NCBI GenBank assembly: GCA_038087875.1
Contig: CM075988.1
Location: 19,346,001 to 19,410,000 of the forward strand
From: Malacoraja senta
Taxonomy: Eukaryota
DNA: 64,000 nucleotides
Direction of reading: 5' to 3'
The position numbers and the translations under genes are program-made. Of this stretch, positions 14,686 through 28,167 are shown piece by piece (within the stretch, counting starts at the first letter, position 1; each line of letters begins with the position of its first letter). Under the pieces are notes generated by a model, which was not told where the DNA came from, made no database searches, and saw only the letters and a list, made by a program, of their open reading frames with translations.

Positions 14686-17600
14686 AAAAAGGACAGCAGA
14701 CCCCCTCCACTTAACCAGATGGGTTTTCCTGATAATCTGACTGCTACATTTTAACGACTAATTTAAATGCTAGATTTTATTCATTTGTCATATTCAAATT
14801 GTCTCCTCATTCTCATATAGACTGAGAACCATCACCTGTCTATCTTCTCCATAGATGCTGCCTGACTCACTGAATTACACCAGCACTTTATGTCAAGCTT
14901 TGTGATACCAACATCAGCTGGTTCTTTGATATTTCATGTTTGCAGTTCTTTGCAGTTCCTTGTTATTTCAAATTCTTCCATTACCAGCAGAGGCATCGAA
15001 CATCAGAAGCATGAATCAATGGCCTGGAAGGTATTTAAAAGACATTTGGACAGGCACTTGGGTAGGATAGGTTTACATGGATATAGCCCAACACGGGCAA
15101 ATGGGAATTGCTTAGATGGGGCATCTGGGCCAGCATGGACAAGTTGGACCGAAGGGTCTGTTTCTATGCTGCATGGCTCTATGGTAGTCTATAGTATCAA
15201 CCAAAAGAAAACGTGTTCTATGAGAAATAGAGTAATTCAAATGCAGATGCTTGAAAGCGCGTACCACCAGGCTCAGGAACAGCTTCTCTCCTCTGTTATT
15301 AGGCTTCTGAATGGTTCTTCCATAGCTAGGCTCCTGTCCGATTCGCCTTTACCCCATTATGGACATTGGACTTTGTCTATGGAACTGGTACACTACAATG
15401 CTGTGAACTATATTCTACACTCTGTATCCCCCCCCACCCCCCCTCTCCCTCTGCTCTACCTATTGTACTTGCATTTGGCTTGATTGTATTAATCTATAGT
15501 ATTATTCAGTCTGACTAGATAGCATGCAAAATAAAGCTTTTCACTGTACTTCAGTACACATGCCAATAATGAACAAAACATAAATGTTTACAACACTCTG
15601 TATATTCCTTGGAGCGCTGGAGGATGAGGGGTGATCTTATAGAGGTGTTTTAGATCATGAGAGGAATATATCAGGTTAATGCTCAGAGTCAATAAGGCAC
15701 CCAGAGGAGGGAAACCAACAACTAGAGGACAGAGGCTTAAGGTGAAGGGCGGAGAGGGGAGTGGTGTGGGGGGGGGAGACTATAAAGGTGGTCGGTATAT
15801 GGAACAAGCTGCCTGAGGAGGTAGTTGAGGCAGGCACTATCACAACATTTAAGAAACATCTGTACAAGCACATGGATAGGATAGGTTTTGATGGGTAAAA
15901 GGGCTAAGCACAGGCAGGTGGGACTAGTGTAAATGGGGCATGTAGGTTGGCGTGGGCATTGGGCCGAAGGGCCTGTTTCCACGTTGCATGGTTCTGTGGC
16001 CTAACAACTCCATGTACCACACTACCAAACTAACACATTCTCCAGATTGCTGCGAATGAGGTTTCAAGCCTGTTTTTCCCACATGCCCTTATCACAGCGT
16101 CAGATCAACCCTCCGTCACCAGTTGTCATTAACGTGCTCACTCGCATGTGGCATATATTAGTTTGGTTTAAATTAACATTACCTCAGGCCTCGTACGTAA
16201 GCCAATTCCAATGAAAACTAACAATCGTGGGCAAATGTTTGTCGCAGTAATTCAGCTCAAATGTCCAACAGTTTTAAACAACTTTCATTTTGTATGCATG
16301 CACTGATCTCTATGCAACAGCTGTAACATAATCATAAACCAAATCTGTAACTATAATGTTCTTGCCGAGCACACATAAGAGATTGCAACCTACCGACCGG
16401 ATCACTTCCTCCACCACCACCTCCACTCCCCTCCTAATCATCCAGTTAATTATTTATTATCCCCATGTGTGGCGTGGGTTGCCTCAAATAACTCTGTTTA
16501 ACAAGTAAGGAGCCCTCATGCTGAGAAAAGCTGGCAGCACAAATTAACTGAGAACAGGTCTCCATGAATTAATTAGTGCTTGGCCATCAATTGATGAATG
16601 CAATTTGTTTTATACCCGTAATGATGACCCATAATACTCCAACAAACCACCGCAGATGTACTGCAGGCAGGTCACATCACGGCCTGACATGGCAATTCCG
16701 AAACACAGAAACGCAAGAGGCAGCAGAGAACTGTGGACTCAGCCTGGTCCATCACGGGCACATCCCACCCCATCGTTGAAAGCATCTACATGAGACGCTG
16801 TCTCGAGAAGGTGGCATCTGTAGTTATTTTCAGTTCCTTGTTATCTCAAATTCTTCCCATGAGGATCGCCACCATCCGGGCCGTGCCCTCTTCTCGCTAC
16901 TATCGTCGGGCAGGAGGTACAGAGAAGCCTGAAGTTCCAATAGACAGAGACAATAGATGCAGCAGTAGGCCATTCGGCCCTTCGAGCCAGCACCGCCATT
17001 CATTGTGATCATGGCTGATCATCCACAATCAGTACCCCGTTCCTGCCTTCTCCCCATATCCCCTGACTCTGCTACCTATCTCCGTTAGCTCTATCTAACT
17101 CTCTCTTGAAAGCATCCAGAGAATTGGCCTCCACTGCCTTCTGAGGCAGAGAATTCCACAGATTCACATCTCTCTGGGTGAAAAAGATTTTCCCTTATCT
17201 CCGTTCTAAATAGCCTACCCCTTATTCTTAAACTGTGGCCCCTGGTTCTGGACTCCCCCAACATGGGGAACATGTTTCCACACCACCAGGTTCAGCAACA
17301 GTTTCTTTCCCACAACCATCAGGTCCTTGATCCAACCTAACCCTAACTCGGCAATGGAACACTATAGCCCATCTCTTGCACCACCAGCATGGGTTTGTCT
17401 TGTTTATTTTCTCTGTCATATAGAACGTATGCATGATTTATGTATTATTCATGTATATTTGTTTGCATCTTGTCTGAATCCAGGTGCCTGTGATGCTGCT
17501 GTGAGCAAGATTTTTTATTATACCTGTACTTTACCGTACTTGTGCAGATGATAATGAACTCAATTAAACACGACACTGGTTGGGTGAAATGATTCACTGA

Positions 17601-19583
17601 ACCATTCTAGACTACCATCAAAATGCCACAGCTTGCAACTACTAGAGTTAGATAGAGCTCTCGGGGCTAGTGGAATCAAGGGATATGAGCAGAAACCTCC
17701 TCCTGCACCCATTTTCTATGTTTCTATGTTTCCATGTTTCTTGCAAAGTCACCACCGTCTGACTAAAAAAACTCCCGCTCTTCTCCTTTTTAAAGGCAGG
17801 TCCTTTTATTCTTCTCTGTAGACCCTTCTCAACCCAAAACATCACCTATCCATGTTCTCTAAAGATGCTGCCTGAACTACTAAGTTTACATGCAAAATGT
17901 CTTTCCTACTATAGAAACAAAGAACTGCAGATGCTGGTCAATGCAAAGAACGGCGTCAAGTGCTGGAGTAACTCAGATGGTCACACAGCATCTCTGGAGA
18001 ACATAAGTTCATAAATTATAGGAGCAGAATTAGGCCATTCAAACTATTGTCTACTCTGCCATTCAATCATGGCTGATCTATCTTGCCCTCTCAACCCCCA
18101 TTTCCTGCCTTCTCCCCATAACCCCTGGCACCCGTACTAATCAAGAATCTATCAATCTCTGCCTTAAAAATATCCATTGTCTTCCGTGGCAATGAATTCC
18201 ATTGGTTCACCACCGTCTGACTAAAAAAACTCCCGCTCTTCTCCTTTTTAAAGGCAGGTCCTTTTATTCTTCTCTGGAGACCCTTCTCAACCCAAAACAT
18301 CACCTAGCCATGTTCTCTAAAGATGCTGCCTGAACTACTAAGTTACTCCAGCACTTGGTTCATTCTGTTCTAGTATACATGCCAGAATGTAAAAGGAGCA
18401 TTGAAGATAAAGGCCACTCCACACTGCATTTCTCTGGCATTGCCATTGTCAGTCCACTTGATGAGTCACCCATTGTCTCCGATGGTTTAATTGTACTATC
18501 TCAATGCTATACATTACCATAAAATCCATAGGTTAAAAGATATGTGCACACTCAATCACTGGACATATTCAGGATTGAAACCTATAGACCTTTGAACAGT
18601 TTGGTAATCATAAAACATTTGGATTGTATCGGAAAGTGTGCAGGACTTTTAAAAGGCATTGTACAGAAATATGGATAGGAAGGGTTTAGTGGGCGATGGG
18701 CCAAATGCAGGCAAATGGGACTAGCTCAATATGCCAATTTGGTCAGCATTGCAAGGTGAGCCAAAGGATTAGTTTTGGTTCTGTACAGCTCTATAGAAAC
18801 GTAGAAATATAGAAAGTAGGTACAGGAGTAGGCCATGCGGCCCTTCGAGCCAGCACCGCTATTCAACATGATCATGGCTGATCATCCAGAATCAGTACCC
18901 TGATCCTGTTTTTCCCCATATCATAGATACATAGATACATAGAAAATAGGTGCAGGAGTAGGCCATTTGGCACTTCGAGCCTGCACCGCCATTCAATATG
19001 ATCATGGCTGATCATCCAACTCAGTATCCCGTACCTGCCTTCTCTCCATAACCCCTGATCCCCTTAGCCACAAGGGCCACATCTAACTCCCTCTTAAATA
19101 TAGCCAATGAACTGGCCTCCACTACCCTCTGTGGCAGAGAGTTCCAGAGATTCACCACTCTCTGTGTGAAAACGTTTTTCCTCATCTCGGTCTTAAAGGA
19201 TTTCCCCCTTATCCTTAAGCTGTGACCCCTTGTCCTGGACTTCCCCAACATCGGGAACAATCTTCTTGCATCTAGCCTGTCCAACCCCATAAGAATTTTG
19301 CACGTTTCTATAAGATCCCCTCTCAATCTCCTAAATTCTAGCGAGTATAAGCCAAGTCTATCCAGTCTTTCTTCATATGAAAGTCCTGACATCCCAGGAA
19401 TCAGTCTGGTGAACCTTCTCTGCACTTCCTCTATGGCTATAATGTCCTTCCTCAGATTTGGAGACCAAAACTGTACGCAATACTCCAGATGTGGTCTCAC
19501 CAAGACCCTGTACAACTGCAGCAGAACCTCCCTGCTCCTATACTCAAATCCTTTTGCTATGAAAGCTAACATACCATTCGCTT

Positions 19584-19923
19584 GGTACACAAAAATGCTG
19601 GAGAAACTCAGCGGGTGCAGCAGCATCTATGGAGCGAAGGAAATAGGTAACGTATCGGGCCGAAACCCTTCTTCAGACTGATAGGGGGTGGGGAGAAGAA
19701 AGGAAAAAAGGAAAATGCGGAGGAGGAGCCCGAGGGCTGGGGGAGGGGAGGAGACAACCAGATGGCTGATGAAGGGGAGGGGAACGTTTCGGGCCGAAAC
19801 CCTTCTTCAGACTGATAGGGGGTGGGGAGAAGAAAGGAAAAAAGGAAAAGGCGGAGGAGGAGCCCGAGGGCTGGGGGAGGGGAGGAGACAACCAGATGGC
19901 TGATGAAGGGGAGGGGTTTACGT
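19584..19923 (-). mobile_element. Penelope-like terminal-repeat insertion with internal 134-bp tandem duplication
   Basis: 7-bp TSD TTCGCTT (19577-19583/19924-19930); empty site visible in sibling CR1 at ~33490; units 19649-19782 and 19783-19916. Confidence 0.85.
19783..19812 (-). ncRNA. Minimal type I hammerhead ribozyme-like motif (second of a tandem pair)
   Basis: Same core on the minus strand; partner copy at 19649-19678 has GATAC instead of GAAAC. Confidence 0.65.
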
Positions 19924-22479
19924 TTCGCTTTCTTCACTGCCTGCTGCACCTGCATGCCTACTTTCAATGACTGGTGTACCATGACACCCAGGTCTCGCTG
20001 CATCTCCCCATTTCCTAATCGGCCACCATTTAGATAATAATCTGCTTTCCTGTTTTTGCCACCAAAGTGGATAACCTCACATTTATCCACATTATACTGC
20101 ATCTGCCAAACATTTGCCCACTCACCCAGCCTATCCAAGTCACCTTGCAGTCTCCTAGCATCCTCCTCACAGCTAACACTGCCCCCCAGCTTAGTGTCAT
20201 CTGCAAACTTGGAGATGTTGTCTTCAATTCCCTCATCCAGTTCATTAATATAAATTGTAAATAGCTGGGGTCCCAGCACTGAGCCTTGCGGTACCCCACT
20301 AGTCACTGCCTGCCATTGTGAAAAGGACCCGTTTACTCCTACTCTTTGCTTCCTGTTTGCCAGCCAGTTCTCTATCCACATCAATACTGAACCCCCAATA
20401 CCGTGTGCTTTAAGTTTGTATACTAATCTCTTATGTGGTACCTTGTCAAAAGCCTTCTGAAAGTTCAGATACAACACATCCACTGGTTCTCCCCTATCCA
20501 CTCTACTAGTTACATCCTCGAACAATTCTATAAGATTCGTCAGACATGATTTACCTTTCGTAAATCCATGCTGACTTTGTCCAATGATTTCACCACTTTC
20601 CAAATGTGCTGCTATCCCATCTTTAATAAGTGACTCTAGCAGTTTCCCCACTACCGATGTTAGACTAACTGGTCTGTAATTCCCCGTTTTCTCCCTCCCT
20701 TCTTAAAAAGTGGGGTTACGTTTGCTACCCTCCAATCCTCAGGAACTACTCCAGAATCTAAAGAGTTTTGAAAAATTATCACTAATGCATCCACTATTTC
20801 TGGAGCTACTTCCTTAAGTACTCTGGGATGCAGCCTATCTGGCCCTGGTGATTTATCGGCCTTTAATCCATTCAATTTACCCAACACCACTTCCCGACTA
20901 ACCTGGATTTCACTCAGTTCCTCCATCTCCTTTGACCCGCGGCCCCCTGCTATTTCCGGCAGATTATTTATGTCTTCCTCAGTGAAGACGGAACCAAAGT
21001 AGTTATTCAATTGGTCCGCCATAACCTTGTTCCCCATGATCAATTCAACCGTTTCTGACTGCAAGGGACCTACATTTGTTTTAACTAATCTCTTTCTCTT
21101 CACATATCTATAAAAACTTTTGCAGTCAGTTTTTATGTTCCCTGCCAGTTTCCTTTCATAATCTATTTTCCCTTTCCTAATTAAGCCCTTTGTCCTCCTT
21201 TGCTGGTCTCTGAATTTCTCCCAGTCCTCTGGTATGCTGCTTTTTCTGGCTAATTTGTACGCATCATCTTTTGCTTTGATACTATCCCTGATTTCCCTTG
21301 TTATCCATGGATGCACTACCTTCCCTGATTTATTCTTTTGCCAAACTGGGATGAACAATTTTTGTAGTTCATCCATGCAGTCTTTAAATGCCTTCCATTG
21401 CATATCCACCGTCAACCCTTTTAGAACTAATTGCCAGTCAATTTTGGCCAATTCACGTCTCATATCCTCAAAGTTACCTTTCTTTAAGTTCAGAACCGTT
21501 GTTTCTGAATTAACAATGTCACTCTCCATCCTAATGAAGAACTCAACCATATTATGGTCACTCTTGCCCAAGGGGGCACGCACAACAAGACTGCTAACTA
21601 ACCCTTCCTCATTACTCAATACCCAGTCTAGAATAGCCTGCTGTCTCGTTTGTTCCTCTACATGTTGGTTTAGATAACTATCCCGCATACATTCCAAGAA
21701 ATCCTCTTCCTCAGCACCCCTGCCAATTTGATTCACCCAATCTATATGTAGATTGAAGTCACCCATTATAACTGTTTTGCCTTTATTGCACGCATTTCTA
21801 ATTTCCTGTTTGATGCCATCCCCAACTTCACTACTACTGCTAGGTGGCCTGTACACAACACCCACCAGCGTTTTCTGCCCCTTAGTGTTTCGCAGCTCTA
21901 CCCATACCGATTCCACATCCTCCAAGCTAATGTCCTTCCTTTCCACTGCGTTAATCTCCTCTCTAACCAGCAACGCTACCCCACCTCCTTTTCCTTTCTC
22001 TCTATCCCTCCTGAATATTGAATATCCCTGGATGTTCAGCTCCCAGCCTTGGTCACCCTGGAGCCATGTCTCCGTGATCCCAACTATATCATAATCATTA
22101 ATTGCTATCTGCACGTTCAACTCATCCACCTTATTACGAATGCTCCTTGCATTGAGACACAAAGCCTTCAGGCTTGTTTTTACAACGCCCTTACCCCTTA
22201 TACAATTATGTTGAAAAGTGGCCCTTTTTGATTTTTGCCCTGGATTTGTCTGCCTGCCACATTTACTTTTCACCTTGCTACCTATTGCTTCCGCCCGCAT
22301 TTTACACCCCTCTGTTTCTCTGCTCACCCATTTAAGAACCCCACCACCTCTTATTCTCTGTTTATTATTGTTTTCTTCTTTCCCCCCTACATGTTGGGTC
22401 TGAGTGCTTTCCTTCTCTGCCTCCTGCCTCACACACTGTCTAATAACATTCTCTATTTGAGTCCCTCCCCCCAACCATT

Positions 22480-22640
22480 CTAGTTTAAAGTCTCCCCAGT
22501 AGCCTTTGCAGATCTCCCCGCCAGGATATCGGTCCCCCTCAGGTTCAAGTGCAACCCATCCTTTTTGTACAGGTCGAACCTTCCACAAAAGAGGTCCCAA
22601 TGATCCAGAAATTTGAATCCCTGCCTTCTGCACCAGTCCT
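22480..22640 (-). pseudogene. CR1 ORF1 C-terminal SGNH esterase-like fragment
   Basis: Manual translation GFKFLDHWDLFCGRFDLYKKDGLHLNLRGTDILAGRSAKATGETLN*; DGLH is the SGNH block V DxxH motif typical of CR1 ORF1; not in the ORF track in this frame. Confidence 0.85.
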
Positions 22641-23871
22641 AACATATCCCTTGATTCCGTTAGCCCTAAGAGCTATATCTAACTCCCTCTTGAATACATC
22701 CAGCGAATTGGCCTCCACTGCCTTCTGTGGCAGAAAATTCGACAGATTCAGAACTCTCTGGCTGAAAACGTTTTTCCTCATCTCTGTCCTAAATGGCTAC
22801 CCCTTATTATTAGACTGTGACCCCTGGTTCTGGACTCCCCCAACATCGGGAGCATTTTTCCTGCATCTAGCCTGTCCAATCCCTTAAGAATTTTATATGT
22901 TTCTATAAGATCCCGCCTCATCCTTCTAAATTCCAGTGAATATAAACCCAGTCGATCCCATCACATTCCAAACACACGTCGGACCCGCCATCCAGGGAAT
23001 TAACTTGGTGAATCTATGCTGCACTCCCTCCCTGTAACTCATCTCGTTGAGCAACAGAGAATCTCGAGGGGTTGGGTACCCTACTCTACACTTTTACGTT
23101 CTTAGAATAGTGGCTAAGAATTGCAACAACAATCTGTTAAACAGAGACTTTACTGATGCAAAAGCTATTCAGTCATGTGGATTAACATATTTAAATTTTA
23201 AGTTAATGATTGGCGAAAATGAGAGGGATTAGTAAATTGCTGGTGGGGTTTGGAGCAATTGATTGACTTCCTCTGATAGAAATTTCCATTAAAATCATTG
23301 ATAGAAATACAAATTTGCTCAACTGCCAGCTTTGCAAGGCTGGAAATGCCTTTGTAACAAACTTAAGCAAAATACTTAGTAAAAAGGCATTCAAATTAAT
23401 TAACACCAAATTCAATCATGTTACAAAAATGTTCATCTTATTCAATTAGCTTCAAGTGTTTGAGACACATTATGACCAATTGCTTTAGTAATTCTTCATG
23501 ATTTGATGATAAAAGATAAATTCAAAATTGTAATTTCCCTGTTTAAAATTAGCCAATTAGTTTCATTTCCCTACAATTATATTTGAGTCTTTCCTCCATT
23601 AAGTCCCAGTAACTTTTCCCTGAGATAATGTGTTTTCAGGAAGTAAATCTGAATGCCAATGATTTATTGCAATTTTCTTAAAGCCATGGCAATATTGTTG
23701 CTCAAATTGCAATGTAAATTAAAGTCATTGCTTCAGTCTTACAGCAATGATGCTGGGTGGTGAATTGTGAATGACAAGGTTAATAGGGTTGATAAACTAA
23801 GATTACAGTGCATCGAAGCGTGCAGGTCCGCCCAACACATTATAATAATGTCGAGAGAACCTTTGACATTT

Positions 23872-24180
23872 AGCTTTGTTTAGTTTAGAGATACAGAGCG
23901 GAAACAGGCCCTTCGGCCCACCGAGGCGGCACCGACCAGCGATCCCCGCACACTAACACTATCCTACACACACTAGGGACAATTTACATTTATGCCAAGC
24001 CGATTAACCTACAAACCTGTACGTCTTTGGTGTGTGGGAGGAAACCGAAGAAATCAGAGAAAACCCACGCAGGTCACGGGGAGAACGTACAAACTCCGTA
24101 CAGACAGCACCCGTAGTCAGGATCGGACCCGGGACCCGGGTTTCTGGCGCAGTAAGACGGCAACTCTATCTGTACTGCCA
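23872..24180 (-). mobile_element. V-SINE (HE1-like)
   Basis: Same family. Confidence 0.87.
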
Positions 24181-24934
24181 TTTACATAGCGTTTGTCACA
24201 ATTTGTGTTTCACAGCCAATGAGGCACTTCTGGAGGGTAGCTGCTGTAATTATGTAGGAATTATGCCAATCAATGTACACACAGCATCATCCCACAAATA
24301 AACATGCATTAAAAGCTGAGTGACTATACAATCAGGATAATGGATAAGCTTACACCCTGTAGAGCAAAACACAAAGTGGTGGAGTAACTCAACGGGTCAG
24401 GCAGCATCTTTGATTTAGGTTTAGGAATAGTTTTATTATTTGTGCACGTACCAAGGTACAATGAAAAGCTTGTAGAGAACGTCATGAATAACAGGAAGCT
24501 TTATTCAGGCATTGTAGGTTGACAATACATGGACGTTTAACACTCTAACATAACAGTTGTAGTTGTTGAGAGGCTGTTGCCTCGTGGGCTCGGTTGTGCT
24601 CCTGCTGCGGTGGCAGGACACTCTCAGGAAGTGAGAGGAGGAGCAAGAGAAAGAGAATGGGAAGGTCAGGACTTATATACTGGGACACACCCAATATATC
24701 TCGTGACTCTTTCCCAGGTATGCCGAGGGTTCGCATAGGAGGAGTGGCCTAACTATTAAGTGCTGCTACAAGCTTTGATTTGCATGCGACCAAATCAGAT
24801 CAAACAATACCAAACACAAATACAATCAAGGTCATTTTTCATTACAGGCCTTATTCTGACCAATGTATGAGTTGACCTTACCACCTCTGTAAGGTATCAA
24901 CATTGAGACTCCAAACCAAAGTTTAGGGCAACTT

Positions 24935-25060
24935 GTTCAAGAAGGAACTGCAGATGCTGGAAAATCGAAGGTAGACAAAAATGCTGGAGAAACTCAGCGG
25001 GTGCAGCAGCATCTATGGAGCTAAGAAAATAGGCAACGTTTCGGGCCGAAACCCTTCTTC
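24935..25060 (-). mobile_element. Penelope-like terminal fragment
   Basis: 10-bp TSD AGGGCAACTT (24925-24934/25061-25070); hammerhead-like core at 25035-25062. Confidence 0.88.
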
Positions 25061-25451
25061 AGGGCAACTTAATCTTTATTCACACAATGATTTACTTGAG
25101 TAGGCATGCAAGCCACTGCTAATAACTTCTCTCCTGTTTTATTGTTGCAAGTTATCACTTCTTACACAAAACCACTTGGACTCGGATATTACCCATATAA
25201 TGAACAGGCCATGCTCACTCTGCTGTTAAGGGGCTAGTCTTCCCTGATCTTCAAACTCAAGCTCTCCTTCCTGCAATGGTTGTTCCCAGTTTGTTTTTTT
25301 CCGACCCAAAATGTCGTCTCTCCATTCTCTCCCCAGATGTTGTTCAGCTGGAAAGGGTGCAGAGAAGATTTATGAGGATGTTGCCAGGACACACGTGAGC
25401 CTGATAGAGAGATCTATAGAGAGAGGTTTAGCTCGCTACAACTTTATTCCT

Positions 25452-25996
25452 GGCAAAAAAAACTATACTGAAATTTTGGAAAAACGCTCCCACACCAACG
25501 ACAAAAATGTGGATTTCTAATATGTCGGAACTGTTACACCTAGAAGATATGAGATTCCTCTTAGCAGGTAAACCAGACCAATTCCCAAAGATTTGGTCTC
25601 CATATATCGACTTATTACAAACATAGGGTGCAACAAAATGTTGATAATAAATGTTCAGGACCTGGCGAGGGGTGAGTAAAGATATGAAGTAGGTGCATCC
25701 CTTTCATATTGTCCTATCTTATCTTATTTTTTCTTTTTTCTTTTTCCTGCTTTTGGTTTTTCCCTTTTTTTAAAACTATTTCTTGTGGTTTAGGTCCATA
25801 TGGGTGTTCCTGGACCACTCTTTCAATCACTCACTTACTATCTTTACTAACTCTTTCTATCCTTTCTCTTATTAAAGTTTATAATAAGAAGTGGTACAAG
25901 AAAAGTATAACCTTACGTTTATTGGAGATCACTGTAATGTACAATACTTCTAATAAAAAAAATTTAAAAAAATTTAAAAAAATAAAAAAAATAAAA
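25452..25996 (+). mobile_element. L1-clade LINE 3' fragment
   Basis: Manual translation AKKTILKFWKNAPTPTTKMWISNMSELLHLEDMRF...FPKIWSPYIDLL*; A-rich tail; 12-bp TSD AACTTTATTCCT (25440-25451/25997-26008); splits a CR1 fragment. Confidence 0.85.
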
Positions 25997-26841
25997 AACT
26001 TTATTCCTTGGAACGCTGGAGGATGAGATGTGATCTGTAGAGGTGTATAAGTTCATGAGGGGAATAGATAGGGTCAATGCACAGACTTTTAACCAGAGTA
26101 GGGGAACCAAGAACCCAAGGACATAGGATTAAGGTGGGGGGGGGGAGAGGGGGAGGGATGGGCAGGTAAAGATGATTTAATAGGAACCTGAGGGGCAACA
26201 TTTTTACACAAATGGTGGTGGGTATATGGAACAAGCTGTCAGAGGAGGTATGTTTAAAATAACATTTGGACAAGTACATGGATAGAATAGGGTTAGAAGG
26301 ATATGGGTCAAAAACAGGCAGGTGGGACCAGTGCAGGTGGGGCATGTTGCTGGGCGTGAGCAAGTTGGACTGAAGGGACTGTTTCCATGTTGTATGATTC
26401 TATGATTCTATGTTGCCTGACCCATTGAGTTCCTCCAGCACTTAATGTTTTACTCAAGATTCCAGCATCTATAGTCCCTTTGTTGCCACAGATATATCGG
26501 ATATATCAATCTTCTAAAGGAAGCCTTTGTTCTAACCCAAGGATCCCACAACTCTGAAGTCAATCATTTCAAGTTGTCTCTCATCCAAGAGCTGAATAAA
26601 CAAAACACATTTTCTTTCCTTATCAGGCAAGGGAGTTCTTAATTGTGTTCCATGTTCATATTTTCCTTCTCATCACATAGTCTCTTTGCAAAACAACCGT
26701 TCCCAGACTCGTTATCTTCTCAAGGCCACACAACATAGCCATGAAGTTATCTTTAGCTCTGCTCTCACCAGATTTCATTCACGTGACCATTTTCACAGTG
26801 CTTCTTTGATTTTGTGACCCACATGTTTCTGTGTTTGTGTC

Positions 26842-27010
26842 CTTCTCCCTCTCCCTCTCCATCTCCCTCTACATCTCCCTCTCCTTTTCTCCCTCTCCTT
26901 TTCTCCCACTCCCCATCCCCTTTCCCCCTCCCCTCCCTCTCCCCTTCCCTTCCTCCCTCCCTCCGTTTCTCCATCTCTCCATCTCTCCCTCTCTCCATTT
27001 TTTCTTTTCC

Positions 27011-27096
<86 letters not shown>

Positions 27097-27170
27097 TCTC
27101 TCCCTCTCTCTCCCTCTCTCTCCCTCTCTCTCCCTCTCTCTCCCTCTCTCTCCCTCTCTCTCCCTCTCTA
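26842..27170. repeat. Polypyrimidine / (CT)n microsatellite
   Basis: Pure CT repeat ~27022-27092 flanked by (CTCTCTCTCC)n. Confidence 0.97.
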
Positions 27171-27569
27171 CCTTGCAGCGCCCAACCAGAGCATGTCAGG
27201 GAACTTGACAAGACACAGGGAACTGCAGATGCTGGAATCTTTAGCAGAACACAAAGTGTTGGAAGAACCCAGTGGGCCAGGCAGCATCTGTGGAGGTATT
27301 GGATAGGCAACAGGATGTGGATAAGGCTTTGCTGGCTGTTAAAGCTATTATGTATTTTCATGATTCTTAAAGGTCTCTGAAACACTTACAAACTCTGTTA
27401 CAATTTAAGCAAGTCACTTAAATAAACACAATGGCTACTTCAATATTAACAGCACAATGATTAACATGAACTAAAAGCTAATGATAAACTGCTGCAGAAA
27501 TTCAACAGGTCAAGCAGCGTCTATGGAGGGAATGGACAGACAATGTTGCAGGTCAAGCTTGGTCCAGAA

Positions 27570-28167
27570 CAAACAGTGGTGCCAGCGTAAGAGTCTTGCT
27601 TTCGACATTAACAAGACCAAGGAGCGGATTGTTGCATTCAGGAAGGGAAAGCCAAAGGATCCCTTAACCTGTCTTCATCAGTGGGATGGTGGTGGAGACG
27701 TCAACAGATACAGGTCCTTGGCACACACATATCTCTGATGATCTGCCCTGATCCCTGCACATTGATGCAAACACAAAGAAAGCTCACCAGTGCCTCCACT
27801 TTCTCAGAAGATTGAGGAGATTCAGCAGGTTGACAAATTATCGAACTTCTACGGGTGTAAAGCGGTGAGCATACTGATCAGTTGCATCGTGGCCTGTTTT
27901 GGTAACGTGCATTCCTAAGAATGATGGAGGCAGCAGAAAGTGATGCTGCATCACGGATACTGACTTCCCCACCTCTGAAGGGATCTACAGTAAGCTCTAC
28001 CTCAAAAAGGCAGCTAATGTCATCAAAAACCCCACACCACCCTGGCCACGCTCTTATATCGCTACTACCATCAGGAGGAAGGTGCAGGAAAGCTGTGATC
28101 TCCAAGTTCAAGAACAGCTTCCTCCCAGCAACCATCAGGGTCTCAAAGCCCTGTACAACACAAACTT
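27570..28167 (+). mobile_element. Degraded Rex1/Babar-like LINE fragment
   Basis: NKTKE.IV.FRK and HPGHALISLLPSGGR...FKNSFLPATIR. Confidence 0.8.

Larger units (their letters stand above)
19021..22480 (-). pseudogene. CR1 ORF2 (apurinic-like endonuclease + reverse transcriptase), disrupted
   Basis: APE motifs LNARS, ETW, GDFN, LDWVL, SDH; RT motifs KSPGPD, QHGF, GVPQGSVLGP, FADD; C-terminal RPHLEYCVQFWSP. One frameshift near 20690 (KKGGR) and an insertion at 19584-19923. Confidence 0.95.
18923..22642 (-). mobile_element. CR1-clade LINE, 5'-truncated, young; end of ORF1 plus whole ORF2 and 3' UTR
   Basis: APE and RT motifs in ORF track; (TATCTATG)n tail at ~18923-18940; 6-bp target duplication CATATC at 18917-18922 and 22643-22648; inserted into an older CR1 3' fragment (18795-18922 continuing 22643-23030). 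Confidence 0.95.

Noticed and set aside
21234..22094. Plus-strand ORFs of 113-147 aa
   Set aside because: Antisense shadows of CR1 ORF2
26765..27385. ER-repeat and SL-repeat ORFs
   Set aside because: Artefacts of the (CT)n microsatellite
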